DNA of 64,000 bases from Hemiscyllium ocellatum. Taxonomy: Eukaryota. This document shows, in pieces, positions 26,971-39,600 of the stretch. The notes below the pieces were generated by a model. The model had not been told where the DNA came from. It made no database searches and saw only the letters and a program-made list of their open reading frames with translations. Numbering within the stretch: position 1 is the first letter of the stretch; every line of letters begins with the position of its first letter. The position numbers were made by a program, and so were the translations under genes. The stretch is taken from assembly GCF_020745735.1 (NCBI RefSeq), contig NC_083405.1, positions 73,250,345 through 73,314,344 on the forward strand, written 5' to 3'.

Positions 26971-27174
26971 AAAAATGTGTTGCTGGAAAAGCGCAGCCGG
27001 TCAGGCAGCATCCAAGGAGCAGGAGAATTGACATTTCGGGCATAAGCCATTCTTCAGGAAGGCTTATGCCCGAAACATCGATTCTCCTGCTCCTTGGATG
27101 CTGCCTGACCTGCTGCGCTTTTCCAGCAACACATTTTTCAGCTCTGATCTCCAGCATCTGCAGTCCTCACTTTC
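26971..27174. mobile_element. Palindromic PLE mini-element with 16-bp TSD
   Basis: TCCAAAAACTGAACAG at 26955-26970 and 27175-27190; inverted arms of about 75 bp. Confidence 0.9.
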
Positions 27175-29049
27175 TCCAAAAACTGAACAGGCAGAGTTCA
27201 GGATTTCACTCGTTAAAATGGCAATTGCTGCAAACCTGCACATACATAGGTTTTAGCATGGCAACAGCAGTTTGTGAATCTGTATCAACATGCTGATTTC
27301 TCATTGGTTGGTACTTGGGCAATGGCCAAATTGACAGTCTGCCTGCCATTTTTAAAATGAAACCAACTAATAGCCAATTCCTCTTGGTAGAAAACTAATT
27401 GACCCAAATGTTACTCTTCCCACACAATAATGAAATCCCAGCTTAATTTGTGACCAACTCAGGGACAAAATTGGGTGCTATTTCCCTCAGGAGGTCACCT
27501 GCACATGTTAGGGACAGATATCCTTTTATGCTTCCCACCAGGGTCCAAAGCTCAACTCCCGAATAAGATAACACCTTGCCCCCTACAGAGCTTAATGCCT
27601 CTCAGCTCAAAAATCATGAATTCACTTGAATCAGTTTTCTCTGTAGTTCTGTTGCTGCTGGGATTTCAAGAGCTGTCAACCAACCAGACTGGATAGCAGT
27701 CCTCAAAAGTGGGACTCAGAGAGGTAGAATCCCCACATTGACCACATTAAGACCAATCACAGAATATATCATGGAAGAGGGTGAGGCACAGCTTGATATG
27801 GAACAAAACCACCCCCTGGAAAATCTAGCCCAAGTAAGACAGAGTTTACAGCTTGCAACTGACTTAACTAGAATGACTATATTCATCCAGAAACTGCTTG
27901 GATAATTCTTAAACAACTGATCAAACTGGTGGACTTCAGCTGGTACCGAAGGGGTTTCTTCACTCGTGTGGCATTGAGAAAATGTAAAATATGCACCAGT
28001 ACACCTTTGGTTTCATGAATACTTGAAAATGCTACTCAGTTTATTTCTCACAAGTGCAAAAATATGTTGTGTGATTCAAGTGTCAAATGGATGCAATGGC
28101 ATTTGCTGGTTTGATATTCAGGCTAAAGCACTCATATGGGCACAACAGATTATTTGCTTTAGTCCTTCAAGGCACTGACATCAAGAGACAAGAATAGAAA
28201 GCATTTCATTCTGTACCAGTAACATCGATTTTTTTTGACTGGCACAAAGTCCACCAAAATAGAACATCTAAAGCACCAAACACGATAGTCATCAGCAGAG
28301 TTATGTGCACAATGTTTGAATTACACTTTGTACATCAATATAACACAATATTCTGAAAGACATTTCACCATGGCAACATATCCCGATAGATAATATTTCT
28401 TTGAGGCAGCATTGCCATTTCCATCTGGTCCAACTGTAAATACACAGCAGTCAACTCACTTTCTCTCTTAGGAAATAGTACTGCAAGCACTATTGACACA
28501 GTAAATAAATTACTGGTGTCTTCAGGACATTCAGTAGTTTCACTGCAATACATCAGTGAAATCCTGTACAGCCTCTTGTTGATCTATTGGAAAGCACACC
28601 TGGGGCATTTCCCTAGTATACCAACATGCTCATCTGTGAAGAGAAGTAATCATTAGCAAGTTAATAAAATGGTTTCCATTTGAGGTGGGGTGGGGAAGTT
28701 GGTAAATATGTAATAATGTATGAACATTTGCGTATAATCAAATGGCACTATTAGTACAGAAATGATACCTTATGTGAATATGAGGAATATTTGCTGCAGC
28801 AGGAAGACTTTGCCTGATTATATGGGTGAACTATGAAGTCAGCTAGGGTACCAGGCTTTAAAAGAGCGCAAAATTAATCACTTCAAATGTCAATTAAATA
28901 AGGGTAGAAATTAATTATAAGCTTCCCATTTTTCCATATTTTGCGTGTTCAACTGGGGTTGGGGGCAAAGTCAGTTTGCCTAGGGTGCCAAAACACCTTG
29001 GGAGAGTTAGTGATTATAACTTTTGACATCGCATTTTTATTGGCGTCAT

Positions 29050-29460
29050 TGAGTCATACAGTGTGGAAACATACCCTTCAGTCCAACTCGTCCATGCTGA
29101 CCAGATACCCTAAATTAATCTTGTCCCATTTGCCAGCCCTTGGCCCAAATCTCTCTAAACCCCTCCTAATCATGTACCCATCCAGATGCCTTTTAAATGT
29201 TTTTAATTGTACCAGCCTCCACCACTTCCTTTGGCAGCTCATTCAATAAAAACACCACCCACTGCGTGAAAAACTTATCCCTCGGGTCCCTTTTTAAATC
29301 ATTCCCTATCCATGCCCCCCATGATTTTATAAATCTCTATTAGATCACCCTTCAGCCTCTGACACTCCAGGGAAAACAGCCCCAACCTATGCAGCCTCTC
29401 CCCATAACCCAAACACTCCAATCCTGACAACAGCCTTGTAAATCGTTTCTGCACCCTTTA
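29050..29460 (-). mobile_element. CR1 LINE 3' end
   Basis: Same family as 22420-22970; reverse of LFSLE..RLKGDLIEIYKIM. Confidence 0.85.
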
Positions 29461-32064
29461 GCTCCTTAGTCACTACTCCCTGCTTTCTACGGCCTTACAA
29501 CTTAGCCATTTTCTTAGTTTTCTCAGCAATTCAGAAATGTGGTATGCAAGCGTAGTCTGGTCGTGATTTTGCCATGTCCATGGGGATGTGGCTCAGATAG
29601 GGACTAGCCCAATCCACACACCGACTTCCATGCTACCTGTGTTGGTGTGAAATTAGCTGACATCATGTTAAGTGCACAATAATTGTGGTTAATTGTATGC
29701 AGCTAGTGGGCATTCATTGGGGTTGCAGTTCACCAAAACAAAGAGATTCACCCTTCAATAGACAACTAAGATGCTTCATGGACTCCCAGGCTGCCTGTCT
29801 TTATTCGCAGCCCTGAGGGATCCATATTCCACACATGTACAGGTTGTGTGAGGTTTCAGCTCCTCTTCTATCATTTGAAGGGGATGCTTGTCAGGTTTTG
29901 CTTGCATTCAGCCTCATGCTTCTGGTCTTTGGCCGCCAGTACAGAAGGGTTTGGACCAACATAGTGAGGCATAATCAGATTCAGCCACAGGTGGCTGAAG
30001 TGGGGTGTTTGATACAAGAGCCAGCTCCTTTCCATGACTATGTTGTGCCGAGGTGTCCTTGGAGAGAGAAGATATGATATCTGCACCAAACTTGAGATCT
30101 TCCATCACCGACTGAATGACATCCCCTCTCCCAGGAACAATATTGCGTGTTTTCATGGGGTTGGGTTGAAGATTTGTTGTGTGTGTGTTCTGGTGACAAT
30201 TTAAGTGGTGATTCTTTATTTAATCTGTTAATGGGCAGTTTGTTTTACATAATGAATTAAAAAAAATGTAACAAACATCACCCTTCAAATGGTGCATGTG
30301 GTTATCAGTTATATATAGATATTTCTCATTCTCAGGCTCTAATTTGGGTTACAGTTACTCCAAAAGAGATATAAATAGGCTCTTATTGAAATCATAAGGA
30401 AGGGGTCATTTGGAGTTATATGCTTCGAATGATTAACTGTGTAAATGGCAGTGACAATATACGCTGAGAGCTAAGAACATAACATCCAACCTTTCAATCA
30501 CATGGTAGATGGAGGCCATTATAAGGAGCAAAAAGATATTTGAACTCAAAGTTTCCTCAGAAGTAAAAAAAAATTGTTATTTCTCATCAGCCGGAGAGAG
30601 GGTGTAACATTATGACTATTTAACTGGAGCAACCGATCTAACATTATAGATAAAAAGTAGCACTTCCAAATTTAGAATGGCAAACAAACACTTTGGTCAT
30701 GACTCTCCAGTTTGTCATCCAGGATGTGACCAGCATCTTCAGTGACACTGTCTTACTGCTTCCACGACCAAGACATCATGCAGAGGCAAGTTTCAAGCAC
30801 CTTCTTATGAGCTGAAAGACAAGCTTCTTATTCAATCACAGATCTTGACAGTGGAGCCCTGCCCTGCCAGAAATGGCCAGAGACTGACAGAATCTAGACC
30901 CAAAAACCCGTTAGTTGAGGCCATGCCTTCAGGAGAACCGATTGCAAAATGTTAGATGCCTGTGTGCACATGTGAGAGAGGTGGGTGGTAGTATGGTGGT
31001 AGTGTTTCGGGTGGGGAGGCAAGAGCTGAGGAATGCCTTTTGGCAGCCATCTCCTTGACCCCTAACTCAACACCCAATTGTCTCCAGGCCGTGGCAAAAA
31101 ACGACATAGCCACCCAACCTGTCAGGACACTAGCCATTTTTCTTGCCTGCTTGGATGGCAGGGAAAAGGGTTGCTGGCCTTTTGAGGCCTGATAAGTGGT
31201 CTTTAGCCCAAATTATTGGTGTGTTAAGATCTTCAAATACAACCTCCACACCAAGAAATTAATACTGAGTTGGTCAGAAAGGAATAAGTCTTTTTCCAGG
31301 ACTAATTTGCCTAATTATTAATCCTTTTCACCACTTTGTTGCTACCTAAGGCAATCTACAGGCAATGGTGAGATATTGGATGTCACATATCATTCTGCCA
31401 CAGTCTCCACTAACTTTTTCAGAAATGGCACTAACAAATTTGACCATAAACATTTGGTAGGATTTTTTCAGAAGAGGACTAGCAACATTGTGCTCAGGAA
31501 CAACTGGAAATTTGATTGGACAACAGCGAAAAAGCCCTTGTGAATAGTCATTATCATATGTTTTCAATTATGTCCATTAGTTCTTAATAAAATATTTTCA
31601 ACAAGTGATTAAATAAATTGAGGCATTTCTTTACAAAATGCTTGTTAGCACAAAAGTCTATTTAATCTGGTGTTGATGTTTGAACCTTGACATGTACTGT
31701 CCATGAATGCTAAGTCAGAGATTGTGACAAACCCCAGCAGCAGGAAAAGATTGTATGTCAGGAGCATTTATTTGAAAGGTTTCCCTATTAGTGTTTAGAT
31801 GAATTCAAGAATCTTCCAAAATTATCAATGTATCATCTTATAGGTTGGCATTAAATTGAAATATAAACAGTCATAGTCATAGGCTCATGGACAGCTCTAT
31901 GAAAAAGAGAGTCACTTAGATTGCTTGAGAAGGCATTATTCTATGGCCTGAGGCAAAGGAAGGACAGAGGCACCTATGAACTTCCACTGCCAACTTATAG
32001 AATGAACAGTGCCCTTGACATCCGTCTGTAAAAGCCATCCAGCCAACTGAGCAAGCTACACTAT

Positions 32065-32265
32065 TAATCACAACATGAGGTTATAGTCCTACAGATTTAA
32101 TTGGAAGCACTGGCGTTTGGAGGGCTGCTGCTTCATCAGGTGGTTGTGGGAAGGAGCGACGCTCCGAAAGCTAGTGCTTCCAATTAAACCTGTTGGACTA
32201 TGACCTGGTGTTGTGTGATTTTTAACTTTGTACACTCCAGTCCAACACCAGCATATCCAAATTAT
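32065..32265. mobile_element. Palindromic PLE mini-element (AGCU lineage)
   Basis: Inverted arms homologous to 7255-7380, folding back at the hammerhead motif (32108-32176). Confidence 0.75.
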
Positions 32266-33592
32266 TGATAATGCATAATGATGTTCTATTCAGAATATAC
32301 AAACATATAGTAGTTAGCATACTTTAACAGGCATTTTCATCTTATAGTCTCATTTAAAGTTTATTTTATTCTAAGATAAAGAGCTCATTAAAAAACTGAT
32401 CAATTAAGTGCAAATGATCAATATTCTCTCAACACACTATTATCAATCTCTTCATTAATTTTGCCATCAAGACTTTTCTTCATCAACCACAAAATCACAG
32501 GAAGTGCTATTCCAGGATGAGTTACCTCAAATATCATTTTGCAGTCTGAAATGTGACTGCTGACCACGATTATTGTTATCAGAAATAAAAAGAATGAGAC
32601 GAACTGTTAATGGATGCTCATTCCATAGCCATCTGGTTTGTTTACCTTCTTAAGAAAAATGCTAAAATTTTAAATCTGGAGAAGAGGGTATAGGCCCAAA
32701 TAAAAGATTTATTATGGTGCAAAGGGATGAAATATGAGGCAAGGTAAATCATATGGCTGTGACAAGTTGATACGTGATTTTAAAAGCCTACTTTGGCATT
32801 TTGGAGGCATGGACTGAGTTGCACAATTGAAGGTCCTGGCAAGAATTGGGATAAATGGTGCTTCTCAATGTTGAGAAAAGCAAGTGCAAGGAGGAGGGAA
32901 ATGTCTGTAGAATTTGAACAGTACAGGAAATTCAGAAAATGGCCAAATAGTTGTGATTTGGCAGAAAACTACAGGCCAGTTCGCTTAACATTTGTCAGGA
33001 AAGATGATGAAGATACTGTTAAGTATATTGAAACAAGGCTCTTGGAAGCGTTCATGGTAATCAAGCAAAATCAACATGGTTTTATGAAAGGGAAATCATG
33101 CTTAACCAATCCATTGAAGATCTTCAAGGGAATAACATATATTATAGACAAAGAAGTAGATTTGCTATAATTAGATTTCCAGAATATATTCGACAGGTGC
33201 AACACCAAGGTTATTGTGGATGGTGTAGGGAATACCAGATTGGCATGACTGATTGTTTCCTGTTATCTAGCCAGTGAGCAAGCATGAACGTGTCAGTTTC
33301 TCATTAGCAAGATGGGATAACTAATATGGATGGGAATCAGTACAGTACATCTTAAAACTTAAAGATATAACTTGGATGAGGTGATCAAAAGCAGCTGGTA
33401 ACAGAAAGTTAAGTGGGAAAGTAAGCTATGATAAGGACATAAGGACATTACAAGGGAACTTGATAGTGTGAGTGAGTAAAGATCTAGCAAATGGGGAAGA
33501 AATGTTCAAAATCTGTGAATTTGTTCACTTTAACTGGAAGAATAACCAAGTACATTATCCAAATGGTGAAAGATAATAGTGCTCTGATACAT

Positions 33593-33726
33593 CGAGTAAA
33601 AAATGAGGTCTGCAGATGCTGGAGATCACAGCTGCAAATGTGTTGCTGGTCAAAGCACAGCAGGTTAGGCAGCATCTCAGGAATAGAGAATTCGACGTTT
33701 CGAGCATAAGCCCTTCATCAGGATAC
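33593..33726 (-). mobile_element. 134-bp hammerhead-plus-tail PLE unit with 15-bp TSD
   Basis: AGTGCTCTGATACAT at 33578-33592 and 33727-33741. Confidence 0.9.
33691..33723 (-). ncRNA. Minimal type-I hammerhead ribozyme motif, core intact
   Basis: Minus strand: tc CTGATGA A GGGC ttat GCTC GAAA CGTC ga. Confidence 0.75.
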
Positions 33727-34099
33727 AGTGCTCTGATACATAAAAAGATTTGTGTGTCCTCATACATGAATCAGAAAAGATTAGCAGGCAGATAAACTAA
33801 CCAATAAAGCAAGCTATTAGAATGTTATTATTTATTAAAAGAAGAATTGAATACAAAAGTGGACTGGTTACACTTCAGTTTGATAGGACATTACTGAGAC
33901 CACATCTGGAGAACTGAGTACAATATTGGTCTTCTTATTTAAGGAAGGCCATAAGTGCATTGAAAGCAGTTCAGAGAAGGTTGGAGTCAAATAGCCTGAG
34001 CCAACTGGTTGCTTTTTGAGGGAAGATTGAAAGGCTAGTCTTGAATCCATTGGAGTTTAGAAGTGGCTACTTGAATAAATCATGCGAAACCCTGCTGGG

Positions 34100-34345
34100 A
34101 CAAAAACAGGAATTGCTGGGCAAACTCAGCAGATCTGGTACAGCTGTGGAGTGAAAGCCAAATTAACGTTTCGGGACCAGTGACTCTCCTTTAGAAGTTC
34201 AGGGTTCTAAAGAATGGCCATTTGACCTGAAGCATTAACTCTGCTTTCTCTCCACAGCTGCTGCCAGACCTGCTGGGTTGCTCCAGCAATTTCTGTTTTT
34301 TATTTCAGGATTCCAGCATCCCAGTTCTTGGTGTTTTCTGTTTGG
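34100..34345. mobile_element. Palindromic PLE mini-element (GUU-triplet lineage)
   Basis: AAAACAGGAATTGCTGG...TTAACGTTTCGGGACCAGTGAC / inverse TTAACTCTGCTTTCTCTCCACAG...CCAGCAATTTCTGTTTT. Confidence 0.75.
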
Positions 34346-36130
34346 TTAAGATCCTGATTGGTTTTGACATGGATATGGAAAGCTGTGTTTCCTCTTGTGG
34401 GAGATTTAGAGTAAGTGATCAACCATTTCAAACAGAGATAAGGGGGAATCTTTTTATTCTGCACTTGGATCATGCAACTTTGTAACTCTTTTCCTGAAAA
34501 GGCCATGGAAGTAATGTCTTTGAATACTTTTCAGATTGGAGCGGACATCATTTTTGTAAGTCAGGTGAAAGAATATTTGAGGTAGGTGGGTATCAGTGAT
34601 GTTCTTATTGAATGGCAGAGCAGAGTCAATGACTTGACGAGCCTGTTTCTGTTCGTAATGTGTATGCTTTCAATACAATGAGGGGAAAAGGAAGATTTTG
34701 CTGGAGGCAGAGGCTGGAGATATATAATTGAATCTAAGGGGCAGAAAAATCAAATTATAAGTAATATTGCATACAAACCTAAGTGACTAATGGTTTCAGA
34801 TTAATAAGCTGTCAAAAGCTGCACCTGAGTGACGAAGGGTGTCTTTGTGAACTCGCGACTGAATATTTTATGAAGGAAAATTTAGAACTAATCAGTTATG
34901 CTGTGCCTCAGGCCTGAATGTTGAACTCAAAGTGATAAGGCAGTCTTACACTCTCGAGGATGAAAAACATGAACGAAGAAAATGATAACAATGAACATCC
35001 TGCAGGAGTTTTCTATGTTCTAAACAGGCTGAAAGACTGAAAGGCATAACCAATTAATGCCATTTTACTTAGTCAAAATTGACCTCTCAGGCTAAAAGAC
35101 TTGCCTTTTGATTTTCAGAAGAGAAATTCAGAAAGTCAGGGCTGGCGGGTTGGCCAGCAGAGTGATTCAGGTTAGTGTGCCGTTGTCTCCTTAACTCTCC
35201 TGAGAAAGTTAGGGCCCTGAAATCTGCAAATAGCCTTCCATTCAGAGGTGAGTTTGATTCCTTAAGCAGCCAATTAATGGACATTTCAGGACCTCATCAT
35301 GCTGTTGTCAATCTTCACTCTGTTCTGAGGTTTCCATCATGCTGCTCTGAAGCTTCCTGCAGTGGCCACTACACCAAGAGATGCTGATTACTCAGGGGCT
35401 TCTGGAGGTGGGCCTCTTGCCTTTACAAGTCACAGAAACTCCAAGACAATCAACTGTGTTACATTCCTTGAGCAAGCCACCAACTTTAATGTTATGTTCT
35501 GGCTAGGAACTGGTAACTGTAATTTTAAGTAACAAAGTGTGAGATTGAGGGGATTTACCAAGAATAAAGCCACATGGTTTTCAATAAACAAGCTTCACAA
35601 AATTAGATATAAAGTCCACAGTATACTTACAACTTATTTCTAGCACTCAGAATTAACAATTGGCAAAGATGGTGAATAAACAGTGATTAAAACCGCTCAT
35701 TTTGCACAGCAAGTAGCAAATACACCAAGAGAGATCCCACAGATTTCTCAGCAATGTCCCCAGAAGTCAGTAAGTCATACTTTTTGCCTATGTGGTCTTG
35801 CAACTACCTCTCAAGATCCAACCTACAACAGACTGCCTCAACAATTGCGCCTATCCTGGTAAAACACTTTCCTTTCCAGAATAAATGCTGTCCTGGAATT
35901 GGAAACAACATTCCAGCATTCTCTCTGGGTATAACTCCAACTCTTCACTGTTAGCTTGCCTCACTGCATTAGTCTTACTGTTGTGGCTATTGCCAGCTCC
36001 AATCTTGCTTAGGTGCATCAGGTGAATGCTGCTTATGAGCTTTCGCCACTGCACCAAAGTATTAATGCTCACTGACTTCTTCATAGCTGCTCATAGCTTC
36101 CCCCAATACACAGCCAACAACCTTCCACTT

Positions 36131-36382
36131 CATCCACAGATTCAATCAATAAGCCAATATACCGACCACTGCAACGGGCAGCTGGAACTGACAACCGGAA
36201 GCGGCAGAGACAAACCAGTATAAATGCCGGGGGAAATATCACAGAAGCGCTTGACAGGAGGCTCCCAAGCACTGAAGATGTCACCTAGACAGTGGACGAA
36301 ACGTCTGCAACACAAATTCCCAGCTCGGCGAACAGAACCACAACAACGAACACCCGAGCTACAAATCTTCTCCCAAACTTTG
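36131..36382 (+). mobile_element. Poseidon-type PLE 3' end with 12-bp TSD (one mismatch)
   Basis: AACCTTCCACTT at 36119-36130 and AACCTTCAACTT at 36383-36394; tail GAGCTACAAATCTTCTC shared with about 10552. Confidence 0.85.
36269..36308 (+). ncRNA. Minimal type-I hammerhead ribozyme motif, intact
   Basis: GCA CTGAAGA T GTC acctagacagtg GAC GAAA CGTC TGC: stem I GCA/UGC, stem II GUC/GAC, predicted cleavage after C36305. Confidence 0.8.
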
Positions 36383-37427
36383 AACCTTCAACTTTCTCAA
36401 CATCCCAGGACCACTTCGGAGTTTCAATTCCAAAACTCACTGCCTACTCATTTCTAGAACTTCGACTTCTCACAGCACAGAGCCATCCAACTGCTCTCAA
36501 TTCCTCACTGAGTCCACTACATAGAAAATGTGCATTCTACCTCCCTTCTCAGCAGTAAAACTAACTGCAGCACTCCAAACAAAGCCTGTAAATTTTGAAC
36601 TTTGTGATCCCAATCTATCCTGTATGACTAATTGAAAACCTTGTAATAAGTCCTTCCCCATTACATTTACTGTTGCTAATACATTGAAATAGTCAAATGG
36701 ATCAGCCTTTGATCAGAATGTACCCTAAAGGTTACATTCTCACATAACTGCCTGATTGACATGTAATTCTGTCAAGGTTTCAAAAACGGCTGTGATGGGA
36801 ATGCTTCAGGCTTTCCAAATGATGGATTGGTACCCTGCAGCAGTCATTAAATTCAGCCTACAATTTGCAAACAAATCCAAATTCATTACTGTTATTCAAT
36901 CATACTCTATTTTTCATATGATGGAGGGTCAGCAGCAAAAAGTGGGCAGAAGGCAGGGGAGATGCCATGCATCAGAGGGTCAGCAAGAGGAAAGGTATGC
37001 ACAAACCAGGGTACTCAGGCAGCAGGTATGTTTGGTGAGCAATAGGTTTGTTGAGGTGGATCACTGGCAAGCAGGAGTTGAGCAAGTGAGAAGTAAATAA
37101 TATGTGAACATTTATTTTTCTGAATATTTAAAAATATTTTGTTTGATAATTGAAAAATCTTTTCAATATATAAAGTTAGCACTGTAAACTATTTAAAACA
37201 TTCAGCATTATAAGGATTGTAATGTGCTTTTTTTTCCATGATGATAGGTCCTACAGAAAGTAACAGAAGATTTCATATTGGTTTGACGAGGAAAATGTGA
37301 TTCACTTGAAGTAGCAATAATATAAACAACAGAAACAGAATTATTGCAGCAACAGATGAAAACCATTCAACTCATCACGTTCATGCTGGCCCTCCAATGA
37401 CAAATTGCACAGTGCCACTCCTCTATG

Positions 37428-38655
37428 CAAAAGTGAGGACTGCAGATGCTGGAAATCAGAGTCGAGGTAAGAGTGGTGCTGGAAAAGCACAGCAGGTCAA
37501 GCAGCATCCGAGGACCAGGGAAATCGACGTTTCGGGCAAAAGCCCTTCATCAGGAATGTGGCAGGGAGCCTCTGGGGTGGAGGGATAAATGGGAGTGGGG
37601 TGGGGCTGGGGACAATGTAGCAAAGAGTACAATGGGTGAATGGAGGTGGGATGAAAGTGATGGGTCAGAGAGGAGGGTGGAGCGGATAGGTGGAAAGGAA
37701 GATAGGCAGGTAGGACAGGTCATGAGGGCGGTGCTGAGCTGGAAGATTGGAAGGTGGGGGGAGGGGAAATGAGGAAACTGGTGAAGTCCACATTGATGCC
37801 CTGGGATTGAAGTGTTTTGAGGCAGATGAGGCGTTCTGCCTCCAGGCGTTGGGTGGTGAGAGAATGGTGGTTGGAGGAGCCCCAGGACCTGCATGTCCTC
37901 GGCAGAGGGGGAGGGGGAGTTGAAATATTGGGCCACGGGGCAATTGGGTTGATTGGTATGGGTGTCCCGGAGATGTTCCCTAAAGCGCTCTGCAAGAAGG
38001 TTTGTCCAGTTTCCCCAATGTAGAGGAGACCACATTGGGAGCAACGGATACAATAAATGATATTGGTGGATGTGCAGGTGAAACTTTGATGAATGCAGAA
38101 GTCTCCTTTGGGGCTTTGGATGGAGGCCAAGGAGGTGGTGTGGGTGCAGGTTTTGCAATTCCTGCCGTGGAAGGGGAAGGTGCCAGGAGGGGAGGGTGGC
38201 TTTAGGGAACATCTCTGGGACACGTGCACCAATCAACCCCAACATCCCATGGCCCAATATTTCAACTCCCCCTCCCACTCTGTTGAGGACATGCAGGTCC
38301 TGGGTCTCCTCCACCACCACTCCCTCACCAGCCGACACCTGGAGGTAGAACGCCTCATCTTCTGCCTCAAAATACTTCAATCCCAGGGCATCAATGTGGA
38401 CTTCACCAGTTTCCTAATTTCCCCTCCCCCAACCTTACCCCAGTTCCAACCTTCCAGCTCAGCACCATCCTCATGACCTGTCCTACCTGCCAATCTTCCT
38501 TCCCACCTCTCTGGCCTATCACCTTCATCCCCACCCCCATCCACCTATTGCACTCTTTGCTATCTTCTCCCCAGCCCCAGCCCCCTCCCACTTATCTCTC
38601 CACCCCAGAGGTTTCCTGACTTCATTCCTGATGAAGTGCTTTTGCCTGAAAGGTC
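37428..38655. mobile_element. PLE (Neptune-type), GIY-YIG domain plus inverted arm
   Basis: Minus strand RNCKTC...QSFTCTSTNIIYCIRCSQCGLLYIGETG...ERFREHLRD...GINVDFTSF; plus-strand arm 38200-38655 repeats FREHL...GINVDFTSF; GTGCCACTCC duplicated at 37412 and 38657. Confidence 0.92.
37524..37556 (-). ncRNA. Minimal type-I hammerhead ribozyme motif, core intact
   Basis: Minus strand: ttc CTGATGA A GGGC tttt GCCC GAAA CGTC ga, about 95 nt from the element 3' end. Confidence 0.8.
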
Positions 38656-38984
38656 CGTGCCACTCCCCTGCCCTCTCTGCAAATCCCTGCATATTCCTCC
38701 TCTTCTGATATTTACAGTGTGTTAAACATGTTTAAAAAACTATATGGCCTTTGGTTTCTGGTCCCTGAATGTTCTCAGTTGATGGCCCTGGAGCTGAAGG
38801 TATTTTGTAATCTAACGTTTTGCAATCCCTAAATGACTAAACTCATGAAATCCAGCTAAAAGAATGAAAAAATGACAGGGAAAACTTAATTGGTCATGTG
38901 GCCGTGCTGCACTGTACAACTAAGAGTTTGGAGCACCCTTTTCATAGTTCAACAGATTTAAACGTTGCTTAAATAAACAATGAG

Positions 38985-39600
38985 GTCTTAGAGTGCCCGT
39001 CTGCAAATCCCTGAAGGTGGCAGGACAGTTGATAGGGTGATTAAGGCAGTATGGGGAGCACTTGCCTTTATCAGTCACGGCATAGATTACAAGAGCAGGG
39101 AGGTCATGCCGGAGATGTACAAAATTTTGGTTTGGTCACAGCTGGTGAAATATGTGCAGTTCAGGTCACCACACCATAGGAAGAATGTATTGCACTAGGT
39201 AGACATATTACAGAGGAGATTCACCAGGAAGTTGCCTGGGTTGGAGTAGTTTAGCTAACAAGAGAGGCTGGACAAGCTCAATTTTGTATGAAGCAGAGAA
39301 GATTGAGAGCAGACGTGATGGAGTTGTATATGATTGAGGGGCATGGACAAGGCAGATAGGACACACTTATTCTCCTTGGTAGGAGAGTCAATACTAAAGG
39401 GACACAATTTTAAAGTGAAGGTCAGCAGGGATTTAAGGAAAATGTTTTTCACATGAGTTGTGGGAAATTGGAATACACAATCTGGGAGAGCATTTGATAT
39501 ATCACAGCTATGGGCCAAGTGCTGAAAAGTGTGATTACGTTAGGTCTGCACAGACCTGATGGGCCAAAGGGTGTCTTCTGTGCTTAATAACACAATGTCT
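38985..39600 (+). mobile_element. Degenerate CR1 3' region
   Basis: LAFISHGIDYKSREVM...QRRFTRKLPGL...KGHNFKV. Confidence 0.8.

Larger units (their letters stand above)
32925..34650 (+). mobile_element. Degenerate CR1 RT to 3' end, with two PLE insertions
   Basis: ENYRPVRLTFV...QNQHGFMKGKSCLTNPL; RPHLEN; LEFR. Confidence 0.8.
35490..36745. mobile_element. Probable solo LTR interrupted by a PLE
   Basis: TGTTATG start, ...TTCTCACA end, composition like the LTR at 48157; TSD not clean. Confidence 0.4.

Noticed and set aside
37550-38380. 276-aa minus-strand ORF
   Set aside because: Chimeric read-through across the inverted PLE junction, mostly out of frame with the endonuclease.
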